Below are positions 18,385 to 27,990 of a stretch of 64,000 nt of DNA, piece after piece; the first letter of the stretch is position 1; every line of letters begins with the position of its first letter. The position numbers and the translations under genes were made by a program. This DNA comes from an uncultured delta proteobacterium (lineage in GTDB: Bacteria; Bdellovibrionota; FAC87; UBA2466). The notes below the pieces were generated by a model that saw nothing but the letters and a program-made list of their open reading frames with translations, was not told the origin of the DNA and made no database searches. The DNA is taken from positions 1,248,001 through 1,312,000 of the forward strand of contig CAVZSV010000004.1 of assembly GCA_963778115.1 (NCBI GenBank). Direction: 5' to 3'.

Positions 18385-19524
18385 TTACCTTCGCAGTCTC
18401 TGGGAAGCTTCCGCCAAAAGTGTCTCGGTCGTCTTCCAATCAATGCATCCATCGGTGACGGAAACTCCATAGCGGAGAGATTCTGGCGGGCCCACTTTTT
18501 GAGTGCCTTCATTAAGATGGCTCTCAAGCATCATTCCTAAAATCGCTTTCTCTCCTTTCGCCACCTGATCGACTAAGTCCTTGAACACTAGCGGTTGTCG
18601 TCGATAATCCTTTTCACTGTTGCCATGGCTGCAATCGACAACAATAGGCCGCGCAGGGGCGGTGTTAAGTAACGAGCTCTTGGCAAAAGCAATATGAGGT
18701 GCCGAGTAATTAGGTTTGCCCGGGCCGCCTCGCAAAACTAGATGCACGTCGGGATTTCCGCGCGTTCTTACAATTGCCGTTCTTCCCATCTGGTCGATCC
18801 CTAAAAAAGAATGGCTGTGTCGGGCCGAGACCATGGCATCCAACGCTACTTGAAGACTGCCGTCGGTAGAATTTTTAAATCCCACTGGCATGGAAAGTCC
18901 GCTAGCCATCTCGCGGTGGGTTTGGCTCTCGGTGGTTCTAGCTCCGATAGCGGCCCACGACACCAGATCGGCCGTGTATTGAGGAATAATAGGATCCAAG
19001 AATTCGGTGGCGGTCGTAAGCCCCATCTCGTTGATCTGGATAAAGAGTTCCCTGGCCTTTCGAAGGCCCAGATTGATATCCTCGGACCCATCCAACTTAG
19101 GATCGTTAATAAAACCCTTCCATCCCACCGTGGTCCTGGGCTTTTCGAAATAAACCCGCATCACCACCAGTAGCTCGCCTTTAACGCGCTCTTTCAATGC
19201 CGCTAGCCTCGAGGCGTACTCCAAAGCCGCTTTGGAATCATGGATGGAGCAGGGGCCCGTAATGACCACAAGTCTAAAATCCTTGCCAGCCAAGGCGTTT
19301 CGAAGTTCCTGCCGGCCCATAAGAACATTTTCGGCCGCCTTTTGGGTCGAGGGAATGTCCGCTTTAATGGCCTCGGGTGAATCAATAGGCTCTAGCTGGG
19401 TGACATTGACGTCACTAGTGCTATGACCAGAATTCGTAGGATTTCCAGCCACTTTCTGAGGTTTTTCGTCGTCTTTATTCACAGTGTCATCTTCATTTTT
19501 TGGCATAGTTTCTGGCCTTTTCAT
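18385..19524 (-). CDS. aroG: DAHP synthase, class I-alpha (start 19524 or 19506)
   Basis: 'GPCSIHD', 'MRVYFEKPRTTVGWKG', 'IGARTTESQTHRE', 'PVGFKNST', 'VDCSHGNS', 'YGVSVTDGCIDW'. Confidence 0.95.
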   Translation of the reverse strand: MKRPETMPKNEDDTVNKDDEKPQKVAGNPTNSGHSTSDVNVTQLEPIDSPEAIKADIPSTQKAAENVLMGRQELRNALAGKDFRLVVITGPCSIHDSKAALEYASRLAALKERVKGELLVVMRVYFEKPRTTVGWKGFINDPKLDGSEDINLGLRKARELFIQINEMGLTTATEFLDPIIPQYTADLVSWAAIGARTTESQTHREMASGLSMPVGFKNSTDGSLQVALDAMVSARHSHSFLGIDQMGRTAIVRTRGNPDVHLVLRGGPGKPNYSAPHIAFAKSSLLNTAPARPIVVDCSHGNSEKDYRRQPLVFKDLVDQVAKGEKAILGMMLESHLNEGTQKVGPPESLRYGVSVTDGCIDWKTTETLLAEASQRLRR

Positions 19525-19570
19525 GGCAAACTTGCTCCCAGACGGTCACCCATATACTAAAGTAAATACG

Positions 19571-20686
19571 ATGAAACGCGACACCCAATTACGCGACGCC
19601 TCCTTAGATACTTTGCGCGAGAAGATTCGAGAGATAGATGCCAGCCTCTTAGATCTTATCGGCAAACGCCAAGAATTAGCACGCAAAGTAGGACAAGAAA
19701 AATTGGCGGCTAATATCCCTATAAAAAACGAAAAGGTAGAAAAGGAGATTTTAGCCAAAGTCAGAAAGACCGCCGACGAACTTGGTATCTACGAAGATAT
19801 GGCTGAAGAGGTCTTTCGTACCCTCATCGACTATTCTTGCAAAACCCAAGAAGACTACCAGCACCAGGCCGGAAGAAAGAGTAGGCCCGCTTCCCAGAAG
19901 ATCCTTATCTTGGGGGGCCGGGGAAGAATGGGGCAGTGGTTCCACCGATTCCTAGCCGAGCAAGGCCATACCATCGAAATTCACGATGTCCAAAAGCCGG
20001 TGAAAGATTTGGTTCAAGCTTTAAAAAAAGCCCAAGTCGTTATCTTAGCAACACCCATTTCCGAAACGGCGAATCTTATTAAAGCAGTCGCGACAAGCCA
20101 AACCAAAGCCCTCGTCTTTGATGCGTGTTCCATTAAAGCGCCTATTTTAGAGGCTCTAGCCGAAGCCAAGAAGGCGGGAGTCCGGATCACCTCCATTCAC
20201 CCTCTTTTTGGTCCCCAAGTCAGCTCTCTGGCTGGACGTAATATTCTTTTTTGTCCCATCGCGAATGACCCCAAGGATAGCGAGTGGACGGAAGAGGCGG
20301 CACTCCTTTTTAGCCCGTCTGCCGCCGCATTTAAATTTCTTCCTATCGAAAAACATGACGACTACATGGGCTACATTTTAGGTCTTTCCCATCTTGCGAA
20401 CTTGGTCTTTTCTGGGGTCTTAGCTAATAGTGGTGCTCCTTTTTCAGAATTTGCCAATACGGGAAGCACCACTTTCAATGCCCAATGCAAGGTGGCTGAA
20501 ATGGTCTCAGCGGAAAACCAAGATCTGTATTATGAAATTCAAGTAGCGAATTCAGCCACGGGAAAACTCTTAAAGCAGTTTCAAGAAGTTTTAAACCTCT
20601 ACTCCGATAAGATCACTCGCCGTGATAAAGAAGGGTTCAAAGCATTAATGGAAAAGGGCAACCGATATTTCAGCGGTGGAGGATGA
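19571..20686 (+). CDS. tyrA: Bifunctional chorismate mutase / prephenate dehydrogenase
   Basis: N-terminal CM ('LREKIREIDASLLDLIGKRQELARKVG') plus Rossmann 'GGRGRMG', 'DACSIK', 'SIHPLFGP', 'HDDYMG..LGLSH'. ATG 19571 is preferred because the longer ORF overlaps aroG. Confidence 0.9.
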   Translation: MKRDTQLRDASLDTLREKIREIDASLLDLIGKRQELARKVGQEKLAANIPIKNEKVEKEILAKVRKTADELGIYEDMAEEVFRTLIDYSCKTQEDYQHQAGRKSRPASQKILILGGRGRMGQWFHRFLAEQGHTIEIHDVQKPVKDLVQALKKAQVVILATPISETANLIKAVATSQTKALVFDACSIKAPILEALAEAKKAGVRITSIHPLFGPQVSSLAGRNILFCPIANDPKDSEWTEEAALLFSPSAAAFKFLPIEKHDDYMGYILGLSHLANLVFSGVLANSGAPFSEFANTGSTTFNAQCKVAEMVSAENQDLYYEIQVANSATGKLLKQFQEVLNLYSDKITRRDKEGFKALMEKGNRYFSGGG

Positions 20687-21967
20687 TTGGATCGTAATAT
20701 TCAACCGGCAAAGACCTTTAAAGGAAGCGTTACCCTTCCCGGCGATAAATCGCTCTCTCACCGAGGCCTCATTTTAGGGGCTCTGGCGGAAGGAAAGACT
20801 CACCTCACTGGCCTCTCTCACGGAGAAGATGTCCAATCGACCGCCCGATGTTTCGAAGCGCTTGGCGTTCCTATCGATCGCGATAAAGGTAGTGTCACCG
20901 TGAATGGGGTAGGCCTCTTTGGCTTTCAAAAGCCCTCGGGGCCGCTTGATTGCGGCAACTCAGGAAGTACCATGCGAATGCTCATGGGAATATTAGCGGG
21001 GCAATCTTTCCGGGCGACTTTAACGGGCGACGCTTCGTTAAGCCGACGCCCCATGGACCGAGTGTCCGACCCCCTTAAGAAAATGGGTGCTGAAATAGCC
21101 CTCACCGAGCAGCGCTTTGCTCCCCTAACCATCGAAGGAAAAGCCCTTCGTGGAATCGAATACTCACTTCCGGTCGCTAGTGCTCAAGTCAAAAGTGCGC
21201 TACTATTGGCTGGCCTTTTGGCCGAGAGGACTACGACGTTAACTGGCAAGATCCATAGCCGCGATCATACGGAACGGCTGCTCCCCTACTTTGGGGCGGT
21301 CCTGACTCGGAGTCCGGAAAAGATCCGCATCTCGGGAAAACAGAAATTGCACGGAGTCTCTTTCGATATCCCCGGAGATCCCTCGTCCGCGGCCTTTTGG
21401 TTGGCCGGGGCTTGTATCGTAAAGGGCGGACAGATCGCTATCGATCGTTTGCTTCTCAATCCAACTCGCACTGGCTTCCAAAGAGTCTTGACCCGCATGG
21501 GTGCCAAGCTGAGCGAAAAAGTCGTTAGCTTCGAGCCGGAACGCGTCGGCAATGTCGAAATCTCATACTCAGGCCTCAAAGGGGTTACAGTCACCGCCGA
21601 CGAAGTGGCTTCTCTTATCGACGAGGTACCGATGCTAGCGGTCCTAGCCACCTATGCCGAAGGCGTTACCGAAGTTCGAGGTGCCGAGGAGCTTAGAGTC
21701 AAAGAGAGCGATCGCATCGAAGCGGTGGCAACGAATCTGAGACGAATGGGAGCTGAGATAGAAACTTTCCCCGATGGCTTTCGCCTTAGGGGACCGCAAA
21801 AACTTAGAGGCTGCCCTATCGATTCTTTTCACGATCACCGTATTGCGATGGCTTTCGCCATAGGAGCTTTGGGAGCTTCGGGCGAGACCCAAATTCTAAA
21901 TTGCGAGTCGGTTGCTATTTCATACCCCGAGTTTTTCCAAACGCTTCAGAGGTTAACGAGTGGCTAA
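20687..21967 (+). CDS. aroA: EPSP synthase
   Basis: 'PGDKSLSHR', 'DCGNSGST', 'SAQVKSALL', 'SRDHTER', 'ELRVKESDR', 'DHRIAM'. Confidence 0.97.
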   Translation: MDRNIQPAKTFKGSVTLPGDKSLSHRGLILGALAEGKTHLTGLSHGEDVQSTARCFEALGVPIDRDKGSVTVNGVGLFGFQKPSGPLDCGNSGSTMRMLMGILAGQSFRATLTGDASLSRRPMDRVSDPLKKMGAEIALTEQRFAPLTIEGKALRGIEYSLPVASAQVKSALLLAGLLAERTTTLTGKIHSRDHTERLLPYFGAVLTRSPEKIRISGKQKLHGVSFDIPGDPSSAAFWLAGACIVKGGQIAIDRLLLNPTRTGFQRVLTRMGAKLSEKVVSFEPERVGNVEISYSGLKGVTVTADEVASLIDEVPMLAVLATYAEGVTEVRGAEELRVKESDRIEAVATNLRRMGAEIETFPDGFRLRGPQKLRGCPIDSFHDHRIAMAFAIGALGASGETQILNCESVAISYPEFFQTLQRLTSG

Positions 21968-22818
21968 GCTTGAAACGAAAACCGCATTAGCAGCCCTCAT
22001 CGGCCATCCCGTGAGCCACTCGCTCTCTCCTTTTTTATTTGCGAGCTTGGCTAAACGACTCAAAAAGCCAGTCGTTTATACCAGGCTGGATGTAACGCCG
22101 GCTCAAGTACTCTCTTTTTTTCATGACACCAAAGATCAAAGTATTTTCACGGGATGGAATATCACGATACCGCATAAAGAGACCTTATTTCGTAAGGTCA
22201 CTAAGATTTCGTCGGAAGCCAAAGCGGTGGGAGCCATTAACGTTATCCATTTCAAGAGGAACCATACCGTTGGCTACAACACCGACGTGATAGGTATCCT
22301 GGCCACCTTCCGCGAACAGCATCTTGATTTGAGAACGAAAAGTGTTTTGCTACTGGGAGCGGGAGGTGCTGCAAAAGCCGCGGCTTTTGCGCTAGGAAAG
22401 AGTAAAGCCAAAGTCGTATGGATAAACAACCGGACACCAAAACCCGCCAATGCAATTTGTCGTCATTTTTCTAAGCAGTTTCCTAAAACCCTTTTCAAAG
22501 TAGCAAAGGACGTTACCAAAATCCCAGATTCCATAGGTTGTGTTATCAACGCCACTCCGCTCGGTCTTAAAGGTTTTCGAGGAACCTTCTTATTTCCCCC
22601 GCATTTAACCCCCGACGCTTTGGCTTTTGATATGATTCTATCGCCCGTCCAACACCGTCTTTCTAAAAAAATCGCAAAAGCATGCCCTTAGACGGGTAAA
22701 TGGACTAGATATGTTCATTTGGCAGGCGATAGCGAGCTGGGAAATATGGTTTGGCCCTGTCCCTAACAAGACGGTAACAAAGCGTCAGCTAAAGAAAGAG
22801 CTATTGAAAGTGATTTGA
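21960..22818 (+). pseudogene. aroE: Shikimate dehydrogenase, split by a +1 frameshift near 22636 (true lesion or sequencing error)
   Basis: 'GHPVSHSLSP', 'NITIPHK', 'GAINVI', 'NTD', 'GAGGAA', 'INATPLG'. Removing one T at 22636/22637 restores 'DMIYRPSNTVFL...NGLDMFIWQAIASWEIW' up to TGA 22816-22818. Confidence 0.9.
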
Positions 22819-22828
22819 AGGAGGAGTG

Positions 22829-23998
22829 ATGGCGTTGCGATATCTGACAGCAGGTGAATCCCACGGAAAGGGATTAGTGGGAATTATCGAAGGATTTCCT
22901 TCGGGTCTGGAAATTTCCAATAGCTATCTCCACGAGCAACTCAAACGCCGCAAAAAGGGTTATGGCCGAGGCAACCGGCAAAATATCGAAGACGACGCGG
23001 TGGAATTTATGTCGGGCGTTCGGCACGGATTCACTTTAGGAAGCCCTATTGCCCTTCTTATTTTGAACAAGGACTGGAAAAATTGGGATGATATCATGCA
23101 GGCGGAGGCCTTTTCGGGCGAAGTGAAACGAAAAGTTGAGATTCCTCGTCCCGGTCACGCTGATCTGGTGGGAGGCATTAAGTACCGCCACGCTGATATG
23201 CGAAATGTGCTCGAGCGGTCGAGCGCTAGAGAAACGACCATGCGGGTCGCCATCGCTTCGATAGCACGCAAATTTCTGCAAGACTGCGGCATACATATCG
23301 GGAGCAGAGTCGTTAGAATCGGGCCTATCCTCGACGAGGCCCTGATGAAATACCCGGTGGCCCAATTAAATGAGAAAGCCGATGCCTCTGCCGTTCGGTG
23401 TTTGGGAAAAACGGCGGAAGCCCAAATGGTAGCTGAGATCGATAGATGTAAGAAGGCCGGCGATACCTTAGGAGGCGTTTTCGAAGTTTTTGCTTCAGGC
23501 GCTCCGATAGGGCTGGGAAGTTATTCCCAGTGGGACAGGCGTCTTGAAGGAGACATCTCAAAACAGTTTATGAGTTTAAATGCGATTAAGGGAGTTGAGA
23601 TAGGAATGGGTTTTGCTACAGGTGCTACGCCAGGAACCCTGGCCCACGACGAATTTTTACCCGGAAAAAATGCTAAGGAGGTTAGTTATGTGACTAACCG
23701 CTCTGGCGGTATCGACGGCGGTATGACGACGGGGCAAACCATCCTAGTACGGGCCGCCATGAAGCCTCTGGCCACCCTCATGCAGCCCCTTAAATCGGTA
23801 AAGCTATCCACCAACGAACCGGCTTCGGCCCATGTTGAACGCTCAGACGTCTGTGCCGTCCCTGCCGCCGCCGTCATCGGAGAATCTCTATTGGCGCTTT
23901 CGCTAGCCGAAGCAGTGCTTGAGAAGTTCGGAGGCGACTCGATGAGCGAACTCCTCCCCCGGCTGAAGGAATGGAATGGCAACCGCGGAGCCAAATAA
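22829..23998 (+). CDS. aroC: Chorismate synthase
   Basis: 'YLTAGESHG', 'PRPGHADL', 'ERSSARET', 'NAIKGVEIG', 'NRSGGIDGG', 'ERSDVCAVP'. Confidence 0.97.
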   Translation: MALRYLTAGESHGKGLVGIIEGFPSGLEISNSYLHEQLKRRKKGYGRGNRQNIEDDAVEFMSGVRHGFTLGSPIALLILNKDWKNWDDIMQAEAFSGEVKRKVEIPRPGHADLVGGIKYRHADMRNVLERSSARETTMRVAIASIARKFLQDCGIHIGSRVVRIGPILDEALMKYPVAQLNEKADASAVRCLGKTAEAQMVAEIDRCKKAGDTLGGVFEVFASGAPIGLGSYSQWDRRLEGDISKQFMSLNAIKGVEIGMGFATGATPGTLAHDEFLPGKNAKEVSYVTNRSGGIDGGMTTGQTILVRAAMKPLATLMQPLKSVKLSTNEPASAHVERSDVCAVPAAAVIGESLLALSLAEAVLEKFGGDSMSELLPRLKEWNGNRGAK

Positions 23999-24509
23999 CA
24001 TTTTCCTGTGCGGCTTTATGGGCGCCGGAAAATCTACCGTCGGTCCGATCGTCGCCAAACACTTAGCGTGGCCCTTCGTTGACACTGACACTTGGGTCGA
24101 AGAAGAGGCAGGGAAAAGTGTCCCTGAAATTTTTAAAGACGAAGGGGAAGATCACTTTCGCCAATGGGAGAGCAAGGCTATTAGCGAGATATGCCACCTA
24201 TCCCGAGTCGTCGTTGCTCTGGGCGGCGGAGCACTTATGGCAAAGCGAAATCAGCAGAGGGTTTTGAAGAGCGGGCTTCTTATTTATCTATCGGCTTCGG
24301 TCGAGACTTTGAGAAGCCGTCTTCAGGTCAACGAACGGCCCTTACTTAAAGGCCTAGAGGGAAAAGACCTAGAAAAGTATATGTCCGATCTCATCCAACT
24401 AAGACTACCGCAATATCAATTAGCGCCGCTCGTTATCGCTACCGACGGCAAAACTCCCAAAACCATTGGGTTGGAAATCATTAACGAGGTCTCGAAATGC
24501 AAACCGTAG
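23976..24509 (+). CDS. aroK: Shikimate kinase
   Basis: 'LCGFMGAGKSTVG', 'DTD', 'GEDHFR', 'ALGGG', 'RPLL'. Confidence 0.96.
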   Translation: MATAEPNNIFLCGFMGAGKSTVGPIVAKHLAWPFVDTDTWVEEEAGKSVPEIFKDEGEDHFRQWESKAISEICHLSRVVVALGGGALMAKRNQQRVLKSGLLIYLSASVETLRSRLQVNERPLLKGLEGKDLEKYMSDLIQLRLPQYQLAPLVIATDGKTPKTIGLEIINEVSKCKP

Positions 24510-25597
24510 TGGTGACACCCAGTGGAAATCAAGATCGGTCGTATTCGGTAATGGTCGGACCGGGTCTTATCGATAGCTTGCCATGGGCGCCTCTAATAAA
24601 AGGAAAGCAAGCGTTTATTATCGCTGACAAGCGACTCGAGAAAATGGGCCGCCGACTTTCGACGTCTCTTGCGAAATCGGGATGGAACGTGGGAAGTGCC
24701 ACTATTCCCGTAAGCGAAAGTGCGAAAGACTATCGAAAGATCTTTAGCCTTTATACCAAGCTTATCGAAAACAGAATGGATCGCGATTCGGTCGTCTTCG
24801 CTTTGGGGGGAGGAGTTATTGGAGATCTCTGTGGATTTATCGCAGGTACCTATCTGCGCGGCATTCGCTGGGTAGGGGTCCCTACCACTTTGTTAGCTCA
24901 AGTCGATTCTTCGCTCGGCGGAAAAACGGGGGTCAACCATCCCCTTGGGAAAAACCTTATCGGCCTCTTTCATCAACCTTCCCTCGTGGTTTGCGATACG
25001 GGACTTTTACCAAGCTTGTCGGCTCGAGACCGCGTTTCGGGCTATGGCGAGATGATTAAGTGTAGCCTTACCTTCGACAAGACTTTCTATGACTTTCTGG
25101 TGCAGCACAAGCAGAGCATCTTGGATCTTGAGTCAAAGTATCTCGACATCGCTATCGTGGAGACCTTACGCCACAAAGCCGAAGTCGTCCGGCAAGACGA
25201 ATTCGAACGAGCGGGAATGCGTCAGATTCTAAATTTTGGCCACACTTTGGGTCACGCGCTAGAAACCGCAACCGGCTATCGGCGCTTTCGTCATGGCGAG
25301 GCGGTATTGTGGGGAATCCAGCTCGAGCTCGAACTTTCCGTGATTCGTGGCCATTTGTCCGCCGAATCCCGTGGACCCATTGCCGAATTCCTTAGCCAAC
25401 TTCCCCTTCCCGCACTTGCTAAAGAGTTGAAGGTGAGTCAGATCCTTTCCGGGCTCAAGCGGGATAAGAAAGTGAAGGACGGAAAGGTGAACTTCGTTCT
25501 TTTGGAATCTATTGGCAAAGCCGTAATCGATAATGCAGTGAGCGATTCCGATATTACTCAGGCCTGGAAAATCGTTTCTAAGAAAGGAAATCGCTAG
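24497..25597 (+). CDS. aroB: 3-dehydroquinate synthase
   Basis: 'ALGGGVIGDL', 'PTTLLAQVDSSLGGKTGVN', 'KNLIG', 'LNFGHTLGHALE', 'HGEAV'. Confidence 0.97.
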   Translation: MQTVVVTPSGNQDRSYSVMVGPGLIDSLPWAPLIKGKQAFIIADKRLEKMGRRLSTSLAKSGWNVGSATIPVSESAKDYRKIFSLYTKLIENRMDRDSVVFALGGGVIGDLCGFIAGTYLRGIRWVGVPTTLLAQVDSSLGGKTGVNHPLGKNLIGLFHQPSLVVCDTGLLPSLSARDRVSGYGEMIKCSLTFDKTFYDFLVQHKQSILDLESKYLDIAIVETLRHKAEVVRQDEFERAGMRQILNFGHTLGHALETATGYRRFRHGEAVLWGIQLELELSVIRGHLSAESRGPIAEFLSQLPLPALAKELKVSQILSGLKRDKKVKDGKVNFVLLESIGKAVIDNAVSDSDITQAWKIVSKKGNR

Positions 25598-26028
25598 TGA
25601 AATGTCGTCTTCTCGTTATTCACGGTCCCAATCTCAATCTCTTAGGAACGCGAGAGGTGGCTATTTACGGAAAGCTTACCCTCGTAGAGATTAATAAAAA
25701 CCTAGCAAGATTTGCCAAGGCGAACCACATCCAACTTAAGACGTTCCAATCGAATCATGAAGGAGATATCGTTGATTGTATTCAAAACCATAGGAAATGG
25801 GCCCATGGAATCGTCATTAACCCGGCGGCTTACACCCACTATTCGTATGCCATTAGAGATGCGATCGCAGCCGTTGAAATCCCTACTGTAGAAGTTCACC
25901 TCTCTGACATCAAGAAACGAGAGCCGTTTCGTCGAAAGTCCGTCATCAAGGCCGTCTGTGTAAAGCAGATTAGTGGTCTAGGATGGAAATCGTATAGGGA
26001 AGGCATTCGGTTTTTGGCGAAGCGGTAA
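25597..26028 (+). CDS. aroQ: Type II 3-dehydroquinate dehydratase
   Basis: 'HGPNLNLLGTRE..IYG', 'QSNHEG', 'INPAAYTHYS', 'EVHLS'. Confidence 0.97.
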   Translation: MKCRLLVIHGPNLNLLGTREVAIYGKLTLVEINKNLARFAKANHIQLKTFQSNHEGDIVDCIQNHRKWAHGIVINPAAYTHYSYAIRDAIAAVEIPTVEVHLSDIKKREPFRRKSVIKAVCVKQISGLGWKSYREGIRFLAKR

Positions 26029-26039
26029 CTTTGACGACT

Positions 26040-26288
26040 CTACTTAAGTGATGCCAATTGATCTTCGGAATCTAATTTCGATAAAGAATCAAAACCGCCA
26101 ATGAGCTTGTCACCAAAGAAAATTTGCGGAACCGTTCGCATTCCTGATCGTTTTTGAAGCGCTTGAAAAGCGTCAGAGTCGGAGGTGGAAATCTTAATCT
26201 CTTCGTAAGGGATTGCTCTGTCCTTCAAAAGACTTTTCGCAGCAATACAGTAGGGACAAGCATCTTTGGTATAGATCGTCACTTTCAT
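26040..26288 (-). CDS. grxC: Glutaredoxin 3
   Basis: CPYC active site, 'RTVPQIF', 'IGGFD'. Confidence 0.92.
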   Translation of the reverse strand: MKVTIYTKDACPYCIAAKSLLKDRAIPYEEIKISTSDSDAFQALQKRSGMRTVPQIFFGDKLIGGFDSLSKLDSEDQLASLK

Positions 26289-26340
26289 CTTTCACCTCGC
26301 TAATCAGGGAACCCTCATACCATACCTACGGAAAAAATCG

Positions 26341-27078
26341 TCACCCTAAATGGCTTTCAAAAAAAGCTAATGTTAGTGCCCATGCTTGCTTGGCTGCTAC
26401 AGGATGGAAGCTCTTTTTCTCATGGCAGAGAAACCCATGGTCAGCCTCCGAAAACTCGACGTCTACAAAGGGTTTCCCGGCATGTCGAAGCGCATCGGCC
26501 ACAGCCCTTTGCTGGTCGGGGCCAATGTGTTTATCTTTTCCTCCCCATACCATCATGATGGGGCCCGCTTGCTTTTCGGCATAAGGCAAATAGTCCGGAG
26601 CAATTCTCCCGCCGTAGTAAGAGACAGCGGCTTTGAGAGGGAAGATTCCATTAGCTAAGAATGAGGCCCGCCCCCCCAGACAAAAGCCTATGATTCCGAT
26701 ACGACCGCTATCGACATCGCTTTGTTCATTAAGCCATTCGAAACAGGCTCCTATGTCTTTTGTTAACGTCTCGGTCGTCACGGCCTGTAAGTGCGGCATG
26801 ATAGCGGAAAAATCGTCGTAAGGACCTTCATAGCCCACGGGAGCCGTCCGATGAAAAAGTTCTGGGGCGAGGGCGACATAACCCTGAAATGCTAGCTTAT
26901 CGGCGATATCACGAATATGAGCTCTTACTCCGAAAGCTTCCTGCAAAACGATGACCCCGGGCACCTTACCGTTCGCCTTAGGACCGATGGGCCTTGCGAC
27001 ATAGGCGTTCATGGAAGTCCCGTCGGAGACTTTAATGTCTATTTTTCTGTTTAGTTTATTGTCAATAACGCCACTCAT
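26341..27078 (-). CDS. Dienelactone hydrolase family protein
   Basis: 'VLQEAFGV', 'GFCLGG' nucleophile, 'SYYG', 'ADHGF'. Confidence 0.93.
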   Translation of the reverse strand: MSGVIDNKLNRKIDIKVSDGTSMNAYVARPIGPKANGKVPGVIVLQEAFGVRAHIRDIADKLAFQGYVALAPELFHRTAPVGYEGPYDDFSAIMPHLQAVTTETLTKDIGACFEWLNEQSDVDSGRIGIIGFCLGGRASFLANGIFPLKAAVSYYGGRIAPDYLPYAEKQAGPIMMVWGGKDKHIGPDQQRAVADALRHAGKPFVDVEFSEADHGFLCHEKKSFHPVAAKQAWALTLAFFESHLG

Positions 27079-27140
27079 CAGCTACCTCCGGCGGAATATT
27101 CCGCTAAGCACATCGCAAGGAGCTAATTTAAGTCAACCAC

Positions 27141-27866
27141 TTACTTCGAATCGCTCTTTCCCTTGACCGTAATAGGTAAAAGCCAGATTGAACTTTTTGG
27201 AAGAAGGCGAATTCCCAAGGCGACACAGCGCCTTTTCACCGCTATCTCCTCGAACTGGCTTGTAGTTAACACAGTCCGAGAAGCCGGAAGCATTTGCGAT
27301 TCCCCCAGGTCGAGTCCATTTAGAGCAGAACCCGCAAATTCATAGTCGATGAGATAAAAGTCGTTAGCTAAGTCACCGTCTGAGTGTTTCAAATAAGAGG
27401 TCAACTCTTCTGGGCCAAAGAGATGAAAGAGGTTGTGGAATTCTATTTTTCCAAAGCGCTGAATCCATAGCTGGTGAATGCAAGGATCGTCGTCGACAAC
27501 GACCACCCGGCTCTCTTTTGAAATTTCCAATCCGCTAAGAAACCACGAGGGAATCGGACCTAGCCGCCCACTCGCTTCAGCGCTAGAGTTAGTTTGGTGA
27601 ATCCGTTGCAAATGGTTCGCGAGGTCTTTGATCCGAACCACGGCGGCCTTGGTAAGCACTCGGCAATCTTCTGCTACGGCCCCTTCGGTCATCTGGGACA
27701 GGTCATTTAACACACTATCGAGGGCCGCCAACGGAGAGCGCAGGTCATGGGCCACTTGGGCCGCGAATCGGGTGACTAGCTCGATTTGCTGAGCAGTCAC
27801 GTTTTCGCCCTTCAAAAGCTCGTCGAAGGTAGTAGTCGTCGATCCCAGAAAATCCCCCTTTCTCAA
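27141..27866 (-). CDS. HisKA (DHp) plus receiver-like protein lacking the HATPase domain
   Basis: 'AAQVAHDLRSPLAAL' H-box followed after a short linker by 'VVVVDDD...YLIDYEF..NGLDL..VLTTS..LLPK'; no N/G1/G2 boxes. Confidence 0.75.
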   Translation of the reverse strand: MRKGDFLGSTTTTFDELLKGENVTAQQIELVTRFAAQVAHDLRSPLAALDSVLNDLSQMTEGAVAEDCRVLTKAAVVRIKDLANHLQRIHQTNSSAEASGRLGPIPSWFLSGLEISKESRVVVVDDDPCIHQLWIQRFGKIEFHNLFHLFGPEELTSYLKHSDGDLANDFYLIDYEFAGSALNGLDLGESQMLPASRTVLTTSQFEEIAVKRRCVALGIRLLPKSSIWLLPITVKGKSDSK

Positions 27867-27990
27867 CCGCCTTTTTCGGCACGGAAACGAACCGGACGGC
27901 CGAAAGCTTGGCCATCTGGCGGCTGCCCAGGCTTTCCTTTAGCCTAACGGACCCCCCGAACGGCTGAAGGGACGGCCCGCCTAAAAAAAA

